A DNA stretch of 64,000 nt from a candidate division FCPU426 bacterium (lineage in GTDB: Bacteria > Oederibacteriota > Muellerivitia > Muellerivitales > Muellerivitaceae), in the NCBI GenBank assembly GCA_963847625.1, contig CAWKAR010000013.1:32001-96000 (forward strand), in the 5' to 3' direction. Within the stretch, counting starts at the first letter, position 1, and every line of letters starts with the position of its first letter. The translations under genes and the position numbers were made by a program. The notes beneath the pieces are model-generated. The model did not search any database and was not told the DNA's origin. It worked only from the letters and a program-made list of their open reading frames with translations. Of the stretch, positions 43,496 to 54,714 are shown piece by piece.

Positions 43496-44101
43496 TTATT
43501 TAGCGGCTGGGGTAGCGACGGCTTCTGTAGGTGTAGTTTCCGCAGCTGGCTTGGCTGCGGATTTCTTCTTGGCCCCTCCCCCCACGATGGTGACCTTTTC
43601 CATCTTATCCCCCATCTGGATCTGCTCCACGTATTCCATCCCCTTGATGACCTGTCCGAACACTGCGTACTTGCCGTCCAAAGCGGGTTGCGCTCCCAGA
43701 CAGATGTAGAACTGGCTTCCCGCTGAATCGGGAATATTCGTGCGCGCCATGGCCACTGCCCCGTTAACATGTTTCTGGGTGTTGTTCACGCCGTTTTCCG
43801 TAAACTCACCCTTGATGGTGTATCCGGGACCGCCGCTTCCATCGCCGTTCGGATCCCCGCCCTGCACCACAAAACCCGCAACCACCCGGTGGAACGCAAG
43901 ACCGTTATAGAAGCCTTTCTTTGCCAACTTGATGAAATTGGCCACGCTTTCGGGCGCATCCTGGGGATAAAATTTGATGACAATCTCACCCCCTTTGGCC
44001 AGCTTGATAATGGCGCGGGTACTGTCTGAAACCTTCGCAAAAAGCCTAGAACCAGCCAGGCAAAATCCAAGCAATACCGTGAAAGCAAGAACTCGTTTCA
44101 T
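43496..44101 (-). CDS. Exported cyclophilin-type peptidyl-prolyl isomerase
   Basis: Signal peptide; FHRVVAGFVVQGGDP, AMAR, GSQFYI, LDGKYAVFG. Confidence 0.95.
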   Translation of the reverse strand: MKRVLAFTVLLGFCLAGSRLFAKVSDSTRAIIKLAKGGEIVIKFYPQDAPESVANFIKLAKKGFYNGLAFHRVVAGFVVQGGDPNGDGSGGPGYTIKGEFTENGVNNTQKHVNGAVAMARTNIPDSAGSQFYICLGAQPALDGKYAVFGQVIKGMEYVEQIQMGDKMEKVTIVGGGAKKKSAAKPAAETTPTEAVATPAAK

Positions 44102-44153
44102 GAGGCTTCTCCTTGAAAATGAATAAAAAAACCGGTCTAACTAAGCAAGTGGC

Positions 44154-44182
44154 AAGATAAACCGAAGGGGGGCTTTTGGCAA
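44154..44182 (-). promoter_or_regulatory. Sigma70-type promoter of the cyclophilin gene
   Basis: TTGCCA-17-TATCTT. Confidence 0.5.
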
Positions 44183-44367
44183 GCTCTGGAAAATAAGCAA
44201 GTTTCACCCCCTTGTAAACAGCCTTTTGTCCATCCGATGGACAAAAACTGCTTCAGAAAGGGGCATCTTGCCCCCAGCGGCGGGGCAAAAATGGACGTAA
44301 CCCAGACCCATCTCCACTAGGTTTGTCCAGCCGCTGGACAAAATGCCACCAAGAATACCGGCCTCTG

Positions 44368-44646
44368 CCCTTCGACGAGACTTAGAGCAGGGTTCCCAGC
44401 CAGTTCCCGAGTTCCCATGGTTCCCGGCCAGTTCTCGGGTTCTTGTCTAGTTCTCGGGTTTCCCGGTTTGGCACAATCCCCGAAAAGTGTCCTTGTTCTA
44501 CTGGGTTCGTCCCCCTTGGAACTGGCCCTTCGACAGAGCCTGTGGTAAGCCCTTCGACAAGCTTAGGGCAGACTTTGTCGAACGGTTCGGTAAAACCTGT
44601 GGTGAGTTCATCGAACCACTCACCGCAGGACCATTCAGGACAGGCC
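44368..44646. repeat. Cluster of ~24-bp REP-like CCCTTCGAC...CAGG units (nested) plus a GTTCYY tandem array
   Basis: Units at 44368, 44526, 44539, 44550, 44584 and 44596; a related unit at ~43280. Confidence 0.7.
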
Positions 44647-44740
44647 GCCAAGCGGAAACACTCGTAATGCCGGGGTGGAAACAGGGTGTCGGAGGTGGAA
44701 ATACTTAAAAATTCAGATGTTAATGGGGTATCGCTGAATC

Positions 44741-45946
44741 TTAAAACCTGATCTCGTAATGGGTGCCGAGGTTCCAAAAGTCGTAAATGGCATCAGTAGG
44801 ATTGTTGTTGATGTCGTAACCGTAGTTATGGGCCAAGATCCTGTCATATGACACGAAAAACCTTAACGCGGATGTTTCATCCAAGGATAGTTTCCAGGAT
44901 GGCTCCAAACCAGCCATAAATCCCCCCCCGTTATAGAGGTCGAGGTTGGATATGTTATAACCGTTGGGAAAGACGTATTTCGCGACGCCTGATAAAGTGA
45001 GATCCCCGATGGCGTAACTGGGCGTCAGGTAGAACCTAGGGCCGTAGGAGTACGTGGGTTCGGCGGTGAACTGTCCATTGATCTCCCTTTTACAGGGCAG
45101 GTAAACCTGGCCGCCCAGCTCGAGGGAAAAGGCGGTGGGATTGTTCCATCCATAGGAGGCATTGAAATTAGTCCCCAACTGGAAACTGTTGACCCCGTTC
45201 TCCTGGGTGGGGACCGAGAAAAACGCCGAGGCGCGGATCACCTCCTTGTTCCCGTCCGAAAAAGTCTGGACGTGGTTTGCCGCCACGAAAATGGAATCTC
45301 CCAGCTTCAATTGAGTGCCGGGATTGGGCACCAGGTTCGCGTTCGGGTTGAAGGCGCCCGAGTACATGTAACCCACCCCCGCCCCGAAATCGCCGCCGCC
45401 GGAAGGAAAAGATATTCCGTACAGGGCGCTGATCCCGAAACCACGCCCCTGGTAACGCGTGTCCACAAAGGCCGTGGGGACATTCGCGAGGTATTGCTGA
45501 ACTTCCCAGGATTGGTCCCCCGTCGGCAAGTTAAATGCCACATCCAACAAGGCCGGCAGGTCGAAATTCTTAAAAGACAACTGGCCGCCAAGGACCGTGT
45601 CCGAGACGTTGCTCAGGTTGATCGTTTGGGACGACTCGGTGTAATGCCCGTCCGCGAACTCGGAATTGCCGTAGACCTGAAAATCCTTGGACAAATTCAA
45701 GCTCGCGGCCAAGGGGGTCAGGATTTCCCAACCGCTGAACGGCGGTTGGAAATTGCTGGACCATCCCGCGTATTGGACCCCCAAACCAAGCTGGCCTGCC
45801 GGGGATGCCATTGGGAGAACTAAGAAAGCCAAGACCAAGCAGGCTTTTTTAAGATAACCCACTAAAATCCAAATTATCGGTTTTTCGCTTTTCAAGGCAA
45901 AACCTTTCCCACCTTCATTCAAGTTCTCCGGTCTCACCGATATCAT
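44741..45946 (-). CDS. Predicted outer-membrane beta-barrel protein (module 1)
   Basis: Signal-like hydrophobic stretch, alternating aromatic/Gly strands, C-terminal THYEIRF; paralog of 60855..62048. Confidence 0.65.
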   Translation of the reverse strand: MISVRPENLNEGGKGFALKSEKPIIWILVGYLKKACLVLAFLVLPMASPAGQLGLGVQYAGWSSNFQPPFSGWEILTPLAASLNLSKDFQVYGNSEFADGHYTESSQTINLSNVSDTVLGGQLSFKNFDLPALLDVAFNLPTGDQSWEVQQYLANVPTAFVDTRYQGRGFGISALYGISFPSGGGDFGAGVGYMYSGAFNPNANLVPNPGTQLKLGDSIFVAANHVQTFSDGNKEVIRASAFFSVPTQENGVNSFQLGTNFNASYGWNNPTAFSLELGGQVYLPCKREINGQFTAEPTYSYGPRFYLTPSYAIGDLTLSGVAKYVFPNGYNISNLDLYNGGGFMAGLEPSWKLSLDETSALRFFVSYDRILAHNYGYDINNNPTDAIYDFWNLGTHYEIRF

Positions 45947-45948
45947 CC

Positions 45949-46755
45949 TCAGGGCTTCACGTTGATTTTTATATTCAGTCTACCCCCGCCCTCGACGCCG
46001 GGATCGTTCAGATTATTCTGACCATTGATGATCAAACCCGACCCGAATTGCCCGGTAAGGTCATTTAAAGCCGGGTTGCCGGGTGTACCGTTGCCGTTAC
46101 CCCCTGTCGTCGAACCGTTTCCGTTGCCGCCCCCCGATGAACCATTGCCGTTTCCCCCTGTGGAAGAGCCGCCCCCTGGGACGTTCAACAAAATCCCGCC
46201 CTCAAAATTCAAATCCTGTCCCGGGTTATAAAACTGGAATTTGCCGTTGACGTCCGTGTATACGGTGCCTTCATATACATGCAGGTGGACCCCCTTGTGG
46301 GTGGGGTCGTAAGAAACCGAGAACCGTGTCCCGCGGACCCCGCAGACCACACCGCCAGCCTCGATCTCAAAGGCGGACTTGGCCGAGAACAGCTTGGTCA
46401 CCTTGGCGAGCAGTTGGCCCAGCCTTAGTTTGAGCTTGATGATCTTGTCATTGGGGTTTGGCTTTTTGAGGTTATCAACCCAGAAATCGGTGTTGGGGCT
46501 GATCTTGAGTTCGGACCCGTCGAAGATTTTCAGGGTGGCCTGGGCGTCGGAGCCGGTGACGATACGCTCATTTTCCCCTACTGCGGTGTTCTTTTTAGCC
46601 AGACGGATCATATGCCCCTTGTGGCCCCGGATCTCGATCTTTCCAGTAACGGAGGTGAAGATGGCCTCTACCGGGGTCGATACGGCCGGAGGCGCTGCCA
46701 AACAGTAAATCGGCAGCAAGACCACCAGCGCCGTCAGAAGAATTTTCCTTCTCAT
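45949..46755 (-). CDS. Exported FecR-domain protein (module 1)
   Basis: I.TG.DAQATL.IFDGSELKISPNT, GVVCGVRGTRF.V, VYEGTV; Gly/Asn linker. Confidence 0.88.
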   Translation of the reverse strand: MRRKILLTALVVLLPIYCLAAPPAVSTPVEAIFTSVTGKIEIRGHKGHMIRLAKKNTAVGENERIVTGSDAQATLKIFDGSELKISPNTDFWVDNLKKPNPNDKIIKLKLRLGQLLAKVTKLFSAKSAFEIEAGGVVCGVRGTRFSVSYDPTHKGVHLHVYEGTVYTDVNGKFQFYNPGQDLNFEGGILLNVPGGGSSTGGNGNGSSGGGNGNGSTTGGNGNGTPGNPALNDLTGQFGSGLIINGQNNLNDPGVEGGGRLNIKINVKP

Positions 46756-46794
46756 AAAAACCTCTTCAACTTGAATTGCTGCTTCATAAACCTT

Positions 46795-49700
46795 CTAACG
46801 CGGAGCGAATTTCTGGACCCGCCCGCTGCCGTAATCCGCGACGTAAATGTTTCCCGTGCCATCCACCGCCACACCGGCGGCCCGGTTGAATTGGCCCGGG
46901 GCCGTGCCCGTGGAGCCCCACTCGCTCACTAGGTTGCCGGTTGGGTTGAATTCGACGACCTGGTTATTGGTGCTGTCAGTTGCATAAACATTCCCGGCCT
47001 GGGGGCCGCCCGGCGAGACGGTGATGGCGGTGTAAGTCCCTGAACTTCCATACCATTGGGTGATGGCGGAACCCGCGGCGGTGTAGAGATAAACAGCAAG
47101 GGTCCCATCGGTCACATAAACGGTCGTTCCGGCCGAGTTGACCGCCACCGCGGCGTCACAACAACCCACGTTCCAGGCGGCTTGGTTGGCGCCTGAAGAA
47201 TTGAAGGTTTGAACGGTATAAGAGGCCCCGTTTTCTCCCACATAAACATTGCCGGAGGAATCCACGCCTACACCCGAAACACCATAGAGGTAGCCAGGCA
47301 TTGCATATCCATAAGAGTTGTAATTTCCGAATGTCAGAAGTGCGGTTCCTGAAGGACTGTATTTGTAGATATAATTATTCCCACTGTCGGTGATGTAGAG
47401 ATTGCCCGTGGCGTCCGTAGTCAAAGCTTCCGGCGCCCCGCCCGAAATGGTCCAGGTAGCCGAAGCGGAATAATTAACCCCGTCGGAACTGGTCCAGGCT
47501 TGGATATCCGGAATATAGTAATAACTAGCCTGGAAATTGTAGGAGAGGTAAAGGCTGGTTCCGGCCGAATTGACGGCGATTCCTCCGGTGTTTTGCCAAC
47601 CGTAAATTGTGGAAGAGTCCTGGGCCACAAAGGAAGCAATCGGAGCTACCGGCGTGGGGGTGGATGTGGGTATGTATCCCCCCTGCACCACCAGGCGATA
47701 ATCACCGTCGGAGCCGTTGTAGTTCGAGAAAACGGCTACGTAATAATCCCCGGCCGGGAGAACGTCCGACGTGCCGTTAGGATAGGACATATCACCGCTG
47801 GAATCGATGACCGATATCCCTCCGCCTCCAGTGTCAACGTAGAGATCAAAGCCCACCTGGTCCAGGTAATTTCCATTGTCGAAGCAATCCAGGGATATGT
47901 TGTAAAAGATGTTGTCGGACCCGGCGGTGAAGTGCCAAACATGCTGGGCCCCGACGTAAAACTGCACACTGCCAAGGCCGACCGCTGTCGTACCGCTGGA
48001 AACCATCCCCAGTTCGTCCGCCACAGCGGCAGAAGGATTCGCGGAGCTGGAAATATTAGGTTTAGAGGCTCGAACTGGCGCGACACTTCCAAGATAACCG
48101 CAGGTAGGCTGGAATGGTTCAGGGTCAGGGTGAAGGATCCATATTGGCTTGAATCAGCCCCGTCCACGATCAGGTAATAGGTGCCGGGATTCAAAAGAGG
48201 GGTGATGAAATCCGGATAAGTACAGCCATCCCCGCAGTTTCCGGCGCCCAAGGACAGGGTGGTGGAAGGGTCATCCTGTTTCGTCCTCAAATACGCCGCA
48301 AAGTAGGTATTGATGCCGTTCCCAAAACGGATGTCAAGCTGTTGGGGCTGGTTCAGGGTGAACATGTAAACCAAATCCGGGGCCCCTTTGCCCCAACTGT
48401 TTCCCTCGAGGTCCGTGTAGGAATGCGCGTCAGGCTGTCCGGTCGTATCGCCAATGAGGGTCATTCCGCTGTTGATGTAGGAAGTGATGTCCTGCGCGGG
48501 TTCGGGCGTAGGCGTGGGGGCCAGGGTCCCCTGAATGACCAGGTGATAGTCGGAATCCGAACCGCAGGTATTGGCGTACGCCGCCACATAATAGTCCCCC
48601 GGGTCAAGCCAGTCCGACATTTGGTTCGGGTAGGAGATTTCCGTAGTGGCGTCCACCAATTGGAACCCGCCGGACCCGTTGGGCTGGTAAAGATCCAGGG
48701 CCACCTGGTCCTTCCCCGTTCCGTCATCGTAACAATCGGCGGAGAGGGTGTACTCCCCCGGCGCCGACACGTGGAAAAGCCAGGTATTGACGGGGCTCAA
48801 GTCGTATTTAACTTGACCCGTTCCCACCAAGTCTGACCCAGGTGAGACAATCCCGATATTCCCCGCGTCAGTGAAGAGAGTGTCGTCCACTCCCGGGGTG
48901 ACGGAAGGATTAGGCGTGGAGGTGGGGGTCAAGGCGCAAATGGGATTGAAATTTGAAACGGTCATTGAAAAAGGGCCTACGTACAAAAAGGTGGAATTGT
49001 AAAAGCTATCCACGACAACGGTATAGGTCCCGGGTTGAAGCTGTCCCGTTGTCAGCGAGGTTTGGTAAAAGCCCGAGCAGAGATTCACATCGGAAAGGGT
49101 GGAACCGTTGGGCCCCAGGATATACAGGAGGGGATAATACAAATTAACGTTTGCGGTCAAATTGAAATAAAGCCTTTGCGGGGTAGAAAGATTGAAAGTA
49201 AATGCGGTATCAGGCACCCCCGATCCGTAAATATTAGTCGCCCCGCCGCTGACAACAGTAGCACTGTAGTTGTCCGCGGACAAAGAGGTATCGCCCGTGA
49301 TGGCCTGGCCGCTGTTGATATAGCCCGTGATGTCCATGTTCGGGGCGGCGTAGGTGGGGGTCGGTGTGGGGGGGAAAGTATTGGTGGGAGTGGAGGTGAC
49401 GGTCGGGATTCCCGACACCAGGCCTTGGAGGACTAGGTGGTAATCGGCGTCAGTGCCGCAAGTGTCGGCATAAACAGCCACAATATAGGTGACTCCGGCC
49501 GTCAGCCAATCGGTGGTTTGGGCTGGTTCGACCCCGAACGCGGAGGCATCCATATAGGAAACACTCCCGGCACCCAGGGATTGGTAGAGATCGAAACCTT
49601 CCTGCGACTTCAGAGTGCCATCATCGAAACAATCCAAGGAAACAATGTATTCCCCGTCAGCCTGGACGGTGAAAGCCCAGATGTTCACGTCTCCCATGTT

Positions 49701-52234
49701 TTCTTTCACGTTGCCCTGGGCGACCAAATCCGACCCCACCGAAACGGAACCAAGATAGCCGGCATCGGTATATGTACTATTGTCCACGCCGGGTGTCACA
49801 GAAGGAACCGGCGTGGAAACCGGCGTTAAATGGCAGACAGGATTAAAGGCGGAAAGACTCAAACTGAACGGCCCTTGGTTATAGGGAGGATAGTTCCCGT
49901 AATCGCTGTCCACGACCACGTAATAGGTTCCGGGCTGCAATGCGCCGGTTGCCAAGGAATATTCGGAACCGGAGCCACAGCTCGAATTCAAATCAATCAT
50001 GGTGGAGGGGTCTGTCGGGTTGGTCAGAATGTACAGGAGGGGGGTGTAATAAGTCGCCGATAGGTTGAAATAAAAAGCTTGGGGCGCCGTCAAAGTGAAT
50101 TGGAAGCTGACATCCGGGGAGCCCAAACCGTAGGTGGTAATGGTCGTTGTCGCCATGGAAAAATAGTAGCCCTGGTGGTTATCCGCGGAATTGGCCGTGT
50201 TGCCGGTGAGGGTGACGGTTTGTCCGGCGATGGCGTTATTGACGAGGGAGGTGATGTCCTGGCCTCCCGGCGGTAGCGTCGCGGTCGCGGTGGGCGTGGA
50301 CGTGGGCGTGGGGCTCAAAAGGTAATTCTGAACAACCAGCCGGTAATCACCGTCCGAACCGTCGGCGATGGAATAAACCGCTACGTTATAGGTTCCTTGG
50401 GCCAGGACGTCCGCTATCTGGTCCAAAGGCGTATTGCCGGCCGAGGAATCAATTAGAGTGCCGTAAGAATCGTAAAGGTCCATGGCCACCCGGTCCTTGC
50501 CGGTCCCGTCGTCGAAATTGTCCAGTGAAAGGTTGACTAACGTTCCATCATTGGCAACGGTGAAACTCCATGTATCCACCTCATCCAGGTAATACTTCGC
50601 GTTCCCGGTTCCGGCCAACTGGCCGCCCACCCCAAAGTTCCGAGGCTGGTGGTTTGGGTGAAATAAGTGTCGTCATTGTTGGGCTCGGCTTCGGCGGCCG
50701 GAACGGCCGTGGGTGTCAGCGCGGCGGTGGGTAGGAACGAGGTGATGGACAGCACGAAGGGGCCAAAGTTGCCGGGACTGAAACCATCCACGACCACGTA
50801 ATAGGTACCGGGGGTAAGGAGGCCCGTGGCCAGGGTGGTTTGGAGACTGCCGCCGGCGCAGTATTGGGAGTCGTCCGCGAGATCTACCAGGGTGGAGGAG
50901 GGGTTGTTCGGGTCGGTGCAAAGGTAAAGAACCGTGTCGAAATTGGCGTTACAGAGGTTGAAAAAGAGTCGTTTTTGCCCTGTAAGGGTGAACTTGTAAA
51001 CGAGGTCCGGCGCCCCGGTTCCCCAGTTATCCCCATTGACCATGACGCTATGGCCGTCGGGCTGGCCGCTGGTGTCCCCGGATACCGATGCCCCGTCGAT
51101 ATTACCCGTGATGTCCGGATAGGCGACAGTGGGGGTGGGGGTACCTGAGGGTGTCACTGTTGGGGTTTGGGTTGGAAGCGGGCTTGTAGTGATAGTGGGA
51201 GTCACAGTAAGAGTCGGCGTCGCGGTCGGGGTTTGGGTCAGAACTGGGCTGGTAGTGTTAGTGGGAGTCCCGGTTATAGTCGGTGTCGGGGTGGGTGTAG
51301 CTGTCTGGGTCGGGCTCGAAGTAGGGGTGAGGGTGGAGGTGGGCGTCGACAAGGGCGACAGGCAGGTCCCGTGAATGTCCGCGTTGGTCTGCTCATAACT
51401 GAAATAAGGGACGTTGGTGTTGACCCGGAACCGGAAGGATGGCCCAAAGCTGGCAGAGCCGGGATTGATGACTTGAAGCCAGGCGTGTCCGCCGCCTGCA
51501 AATTGGCAGCAATAAACGTCGGAGGCTTGAAGGATGGTGGTTGCAATCCCAGCCGCTTGTTTCGCCGCCCCCGAAGAGGAGAAATAACCGGCGGATGGAG
51601 CCGCCGCGAAATTCACAAGATTCCCATTTCCAAGATATGCCACGTTGGCGGCACCCTGGGCGTCCCGGATCTGGAAACCTCCCGATGCGGGGTTCAAAAG
51701 GATGTCGTAACCCGTGGAGGTCGCGGTCGTGGCGTCCGCCAAGCTGTCGTTCTCGAAGGAGAAATAGGAACCGTTCGCGAGCAGGGACGTGTCCACCGAA
51801 TAACAGTTGCTCCCCACCGGTCCCAGGTTCACCGTCACGGTTCCGGAACCCGGCGGGTTGAAGTCGAATAGGGCCGCGCCCAGCGCCAGGGGCTGGTGGT
51901 TGGAGGCGTTGTTTAATTGGAGAGCAAGCAAGCGGGAGGTTCCCGGTGGGATGGTGACCGTGAGATCCAGCGAACCCGTATTTCCCGGCGCGCTGAAGGG
52001 CCCGGCGGTTCCTGATACCGGGGACATTCCCGGTCCCGTTATCCGGTACAGGATTTCATTGCTCGCCGCGCCTAAAAGATTCGCTGAAAGTTCCTTGCCC
52101 GCGGGGATGGAAATGGAAAGGGTCGAACCCTGGTAAGGCGCCACAGGGGCGGGGGAATGGTTGGTACAGCCCGTATAAACGAGCAAACCCGCCAAGAAAG
52201 AAAAAGATACGGGAACCAGGAAGCGTTTTTGCAT
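46795..52234 (-). CDS. Giant modular lipoprotein 1 (~1813 aa after repairing two 1-nt frameshifts at ~50630 and ~48116): N-domain, TP linker, four PPC-like domain pairs, C-terminal NHL propeller
   Basis: MQKRF...LVYTGC lipobox; ORFs 50537..52327, 47736..50630 and 46795..48024 join into continuous repeat units. Confidence 0.8.
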
Positions 52235-52429
52235 TTTCCAGTTCTTTTCAATAAAGATAACGCAGGTTGAACAATGGCCATTACAGGGAAGGATAAAGCA
52301 CGGATGAACTTTTCCCTTAAACGTCAATATTTTGATTGAAAATAGTCCTAAAAATCAAGAAATAAGCTTGTTGAGTATTTAAGTAAAAGACAATAACGGT
52401 TAATCGAAAAAAGTGGGTTAAAAATAGCC

Positions 52430-54679
52430 CTACTTTGTTTTCATGACGAAAACGCCGTCCCAATCCGGGGGGAATTGTTCCTTTTCCAGGATTCTGCAAC
52501 GCTCCAGGAATATCCTCGCCGGGCCGTCATGGGAGTCCAGTTCCAAGCAGTTCCGGAAACACTGGGAGGCTTCCTTCCATTTTTGCGCGCGGTAGAGTCC
52601 GAGCCCTTCCTCGAAAACCTTTGCCTTCATTTCCTTCATACCCGCGGCCTTCAAGCGGTGGTCCACCAGCTCGTAGATGCGGATGGGGCGGGACTTACCC
52701 TTCACCCTCAGCAAGTCCAACTCGCGGCAAAGCATGTCGTCCTTGACCTGGACGTAGGTAGTCTCGCCAATGATGATCTCAACCCCGTATTCCTTGGTGG
52801 CTCCCTCCAGGCGGCTTCCCAGGTTCACCGCATCCCCGATCAAAGTGTAGTTCTTGATGGATTCCGAACCCACGAAACCCACCACCATGTTTCCCGTATT
52901 CAGGCCGATGCCGATCTCCAGTTTTTCCTTCCCTTCCATCTCCCACTTGGGGTGGAGAAGGGATTTCAGCAGGTCCACCATCCCCAGGGCGGTGCTACAG
53001 GCCCGGTAGGCATGGTCCTTTTGCTCAGTGGGCGCCCCCCAGAAGGCCATGACCGCGTCGCCGATGTACTTGTCCAGGGTGCCCTCGGTCTGGAAGATCA
53101 GGTGAGTCATCTGGGTCAGGTACTCGTTGAGCACAGCTACGACTTCCGCGGGCGTATGCTTCTCGGAATAAGTGGTGAATCCCCGGATGTCTGCGAACAT
53201 GACCGTGAGGTCCTTCTCTTCGCCACCCAGCTCGATGCCCGCCGGTAGTTTCAGGATTTCCTCCACGACCTTCGGCGTCACCATGCTCTGGAATGTCTGC
53301 TTGAGGTAACGGCTGTATTTGACCTCGGTGCGGAACTTGTAGGTGGTGAGGGCCGTGAATGTCAGGGCCAGGGAAGCGAGGGGATAAACCAGGTTGATCA
53401 CGTCGCCCAGGTAATTAAAGCAGAGGCAGGCCGCCGCGAAGTAGGCGATTAAAAGAAAGAAAAACCCGATGGTTCCCTGCATGGGGGTAAGCCTTGGGAT
53501 CAGGAACCACATCAGGAGCCCGAGGACCAGGATCAACAGGTAGGTCCAATAATCCGGGAGAAGCTTCAGGAAACTGCCCGAGTACACGTTCTCCAGGATG
53601 TTGGCGTTCATTTCCACCCCGGAGGAGTTGTGGGTATAGGGAGTGGGTCTCAGGTCGAATAAGCCCGTGGCCGTGGCGCCGATGATGACGGCGGCTCCCT
53701 TCAAGACCCCCGGTTCGAGCTTGCCGGAAAGCACGTCGCATACGGAGTAAGTTGGGAAAGTCCCCTCGGGGCCGCAATAATTGATGAGCGCGAAGTTATC
53801 CTCCAAAACCGGTATTTTTCTTCCCGCCACTTCGGCATAGTCGCCCGAATGGATCTGAATGGGCTTCAAGTCACCCATCAGGTAGCGGGCCACCTGCAGG
53901 GAAAGATGGGGGATGAGCTTTCCCTGGTAGGAGAACGCGGTGGGATAGTAGCGGTAAATGCCGTCCGAAAAGGGGAAACAACGCGTATGCCCGGAATCCC
54001 GCACGTTGTTTTGGAGCGCAGGGATCGAGAGAAGAAGGGATTGGGAGGGCACGAAATCCTGGATAAATCCCCCGAACAGCTCGGCCTCGGTCATATGCAG
54101 GGATTCGGGGTTGGGGCTTCTCCCCTCTTTTCCGGTGATGAAAGGCTCGATGGGAAGGAACACGTTCCCGGCATCCTTTATAGCTTTGGCGAACTCCATG
54201 TCCCCGTTTTGGTTTTCCGCCAGCCGGTGGAGGTCGGCGAGGATTTTTTCGCGGATCTTTTGGGCCGGCGGGGAATCCCCCGGCAAGGTGGAGTCCAGAA
54301 GGGACTTCAATTGGCCGATCATCTTTCCCTGGGAACGTTCCGGCTCGGGGAAAAATACGTCATAAAAGACGCATTTCACGCCGTCTTCCTTCAAGCGGCG
54401 GATCAACTGCGCCTGAAGCGCCCGGGGCCACGGCCATTGGCCGACTTCCCTCAAGCTCTGTTCGTCCACGGCCAGGACCTTGATGGGGGCTTGGGGCGTG
54501 CGGTAACCCCTCACGGCGAAACGAAAATCGATGGATTTGTTTTCCAGGGCTTGGAATAAGGGAATATGGTTATTGAATAAGTTGCAGGCGGAAAGGAGGA
54601 GAATAACCCCCAGGGTCAACCAAAGTGAGGTGGACCGGCGGTAATGGACCTTGACTTCTCGGGCTTGGGCCTCGGGCAT
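52430..54679 (-). CDS. CHASE2-domain class III adenylate cyclase
   Basis: GQWPWPRA (CHASE2), GATATGLFDLRPTP, three TMs, MFADIRGFT, DKYIGDAVMAFWG, YTLIGDAVNLGSRLEG (Lys/Thr pair typical of ATP specificity), terminal WDGV. Confidence 0.95.
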   Translation of the reverse strand: MPEAQAREVKVHYRRSTSLWLTLGVILLLSACNLFNNHIPLFQALENKSIDFRFAVRGYRTPQAPIKVLAVDEQSLREVGQWPWPRALQAQLIRRLKEDGVKCVFYDVFFPEPERSQGKMIGQLKSLLDSTLPGDSPPAQKIREKILADLHRLAENQNGDMEFAKAIKDAGNVFLPIEPFITGKEGRSPNPESLHMTEAELFGGFIQDFVPSQSLLLSIPALQNNVRDSGHTRCFPFSDGIYRYYPTAFSYQGKLIPHLSLQVARYLMGDLKPIQIHSGDYAEVAGRKIPVLEDNFALINYCGPEGTFPTYSVCDVLSGKLEPGVLKGAAVIIGATATGLFDLRPTPYTHNSSGVEMNANILENVYSGSFLKLLPDYWTYLLILVLGLLMWFLIPRLTPMQGTIGFFFLLIAYFAAACLCFNYLGDVINLVYPLASLALTFTALTTYKFRTEVKYSRYLKQTFQSMVTPKVVEEILKLPAGIELGGEEKDLTVMFADIRGFTTYSEKHTPAEVVAVLNEYLTQMTHLIFQTEGTLDKYIGDAVMAFWGAPTEQKDHAYRACSTALGMVDLLKSLLHPKWEMEGKEKLEIGIGLNTGNMVVGFVGSESIKNYTLIGDAVNLGSRLEGATKEYGVEIIIGETTYVQVKDDMLCRELDLLRVKGKSRPIRIYELVDHRLKAAGMKEMKAKVFEEGLGLYRAQKWKEASQCFRNCLELDSHDGPARIFLERCRILEKEQFPPDWDGVFVMKTK

Positions 54680-54685
54680 GGCGGT

Positions 54686-54714
54686 ATTCTAAGCGCGAAA
54701 ACCATCAACAGCAA
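54686..54714 (-). promoter_or_regulatory. Promoter for a probable leaderless cyclase mRNA
   Basis: TTGCTG-17-TAGAAT, then 6 nt to the ATG at 54679; no SD. Confidence 0.55.

Noticed and set aside
44224..44646. CRISPR array or real CDS (ORFs 44382..44777, 44443..44667, 44487..44708)
   Set aside because: Repeats are nested and irregularly spaced; PFDKLRA-type peptides are translations of the palindromic repeat.
48110..50635. Programmed ribosomal frameshifting in lipoprotein 1
   Set aside because: No slippery heptamer or stimulatory structure seen; 1-nt deletions in short runs fit sequencing error or recent mutation better.
52235..52430. CRP-type TGTGA-N6-TCACA sites near the cyclase locus
   Set aside because: No convincing match by eye here or at 54680-54920 and 63200-63400.
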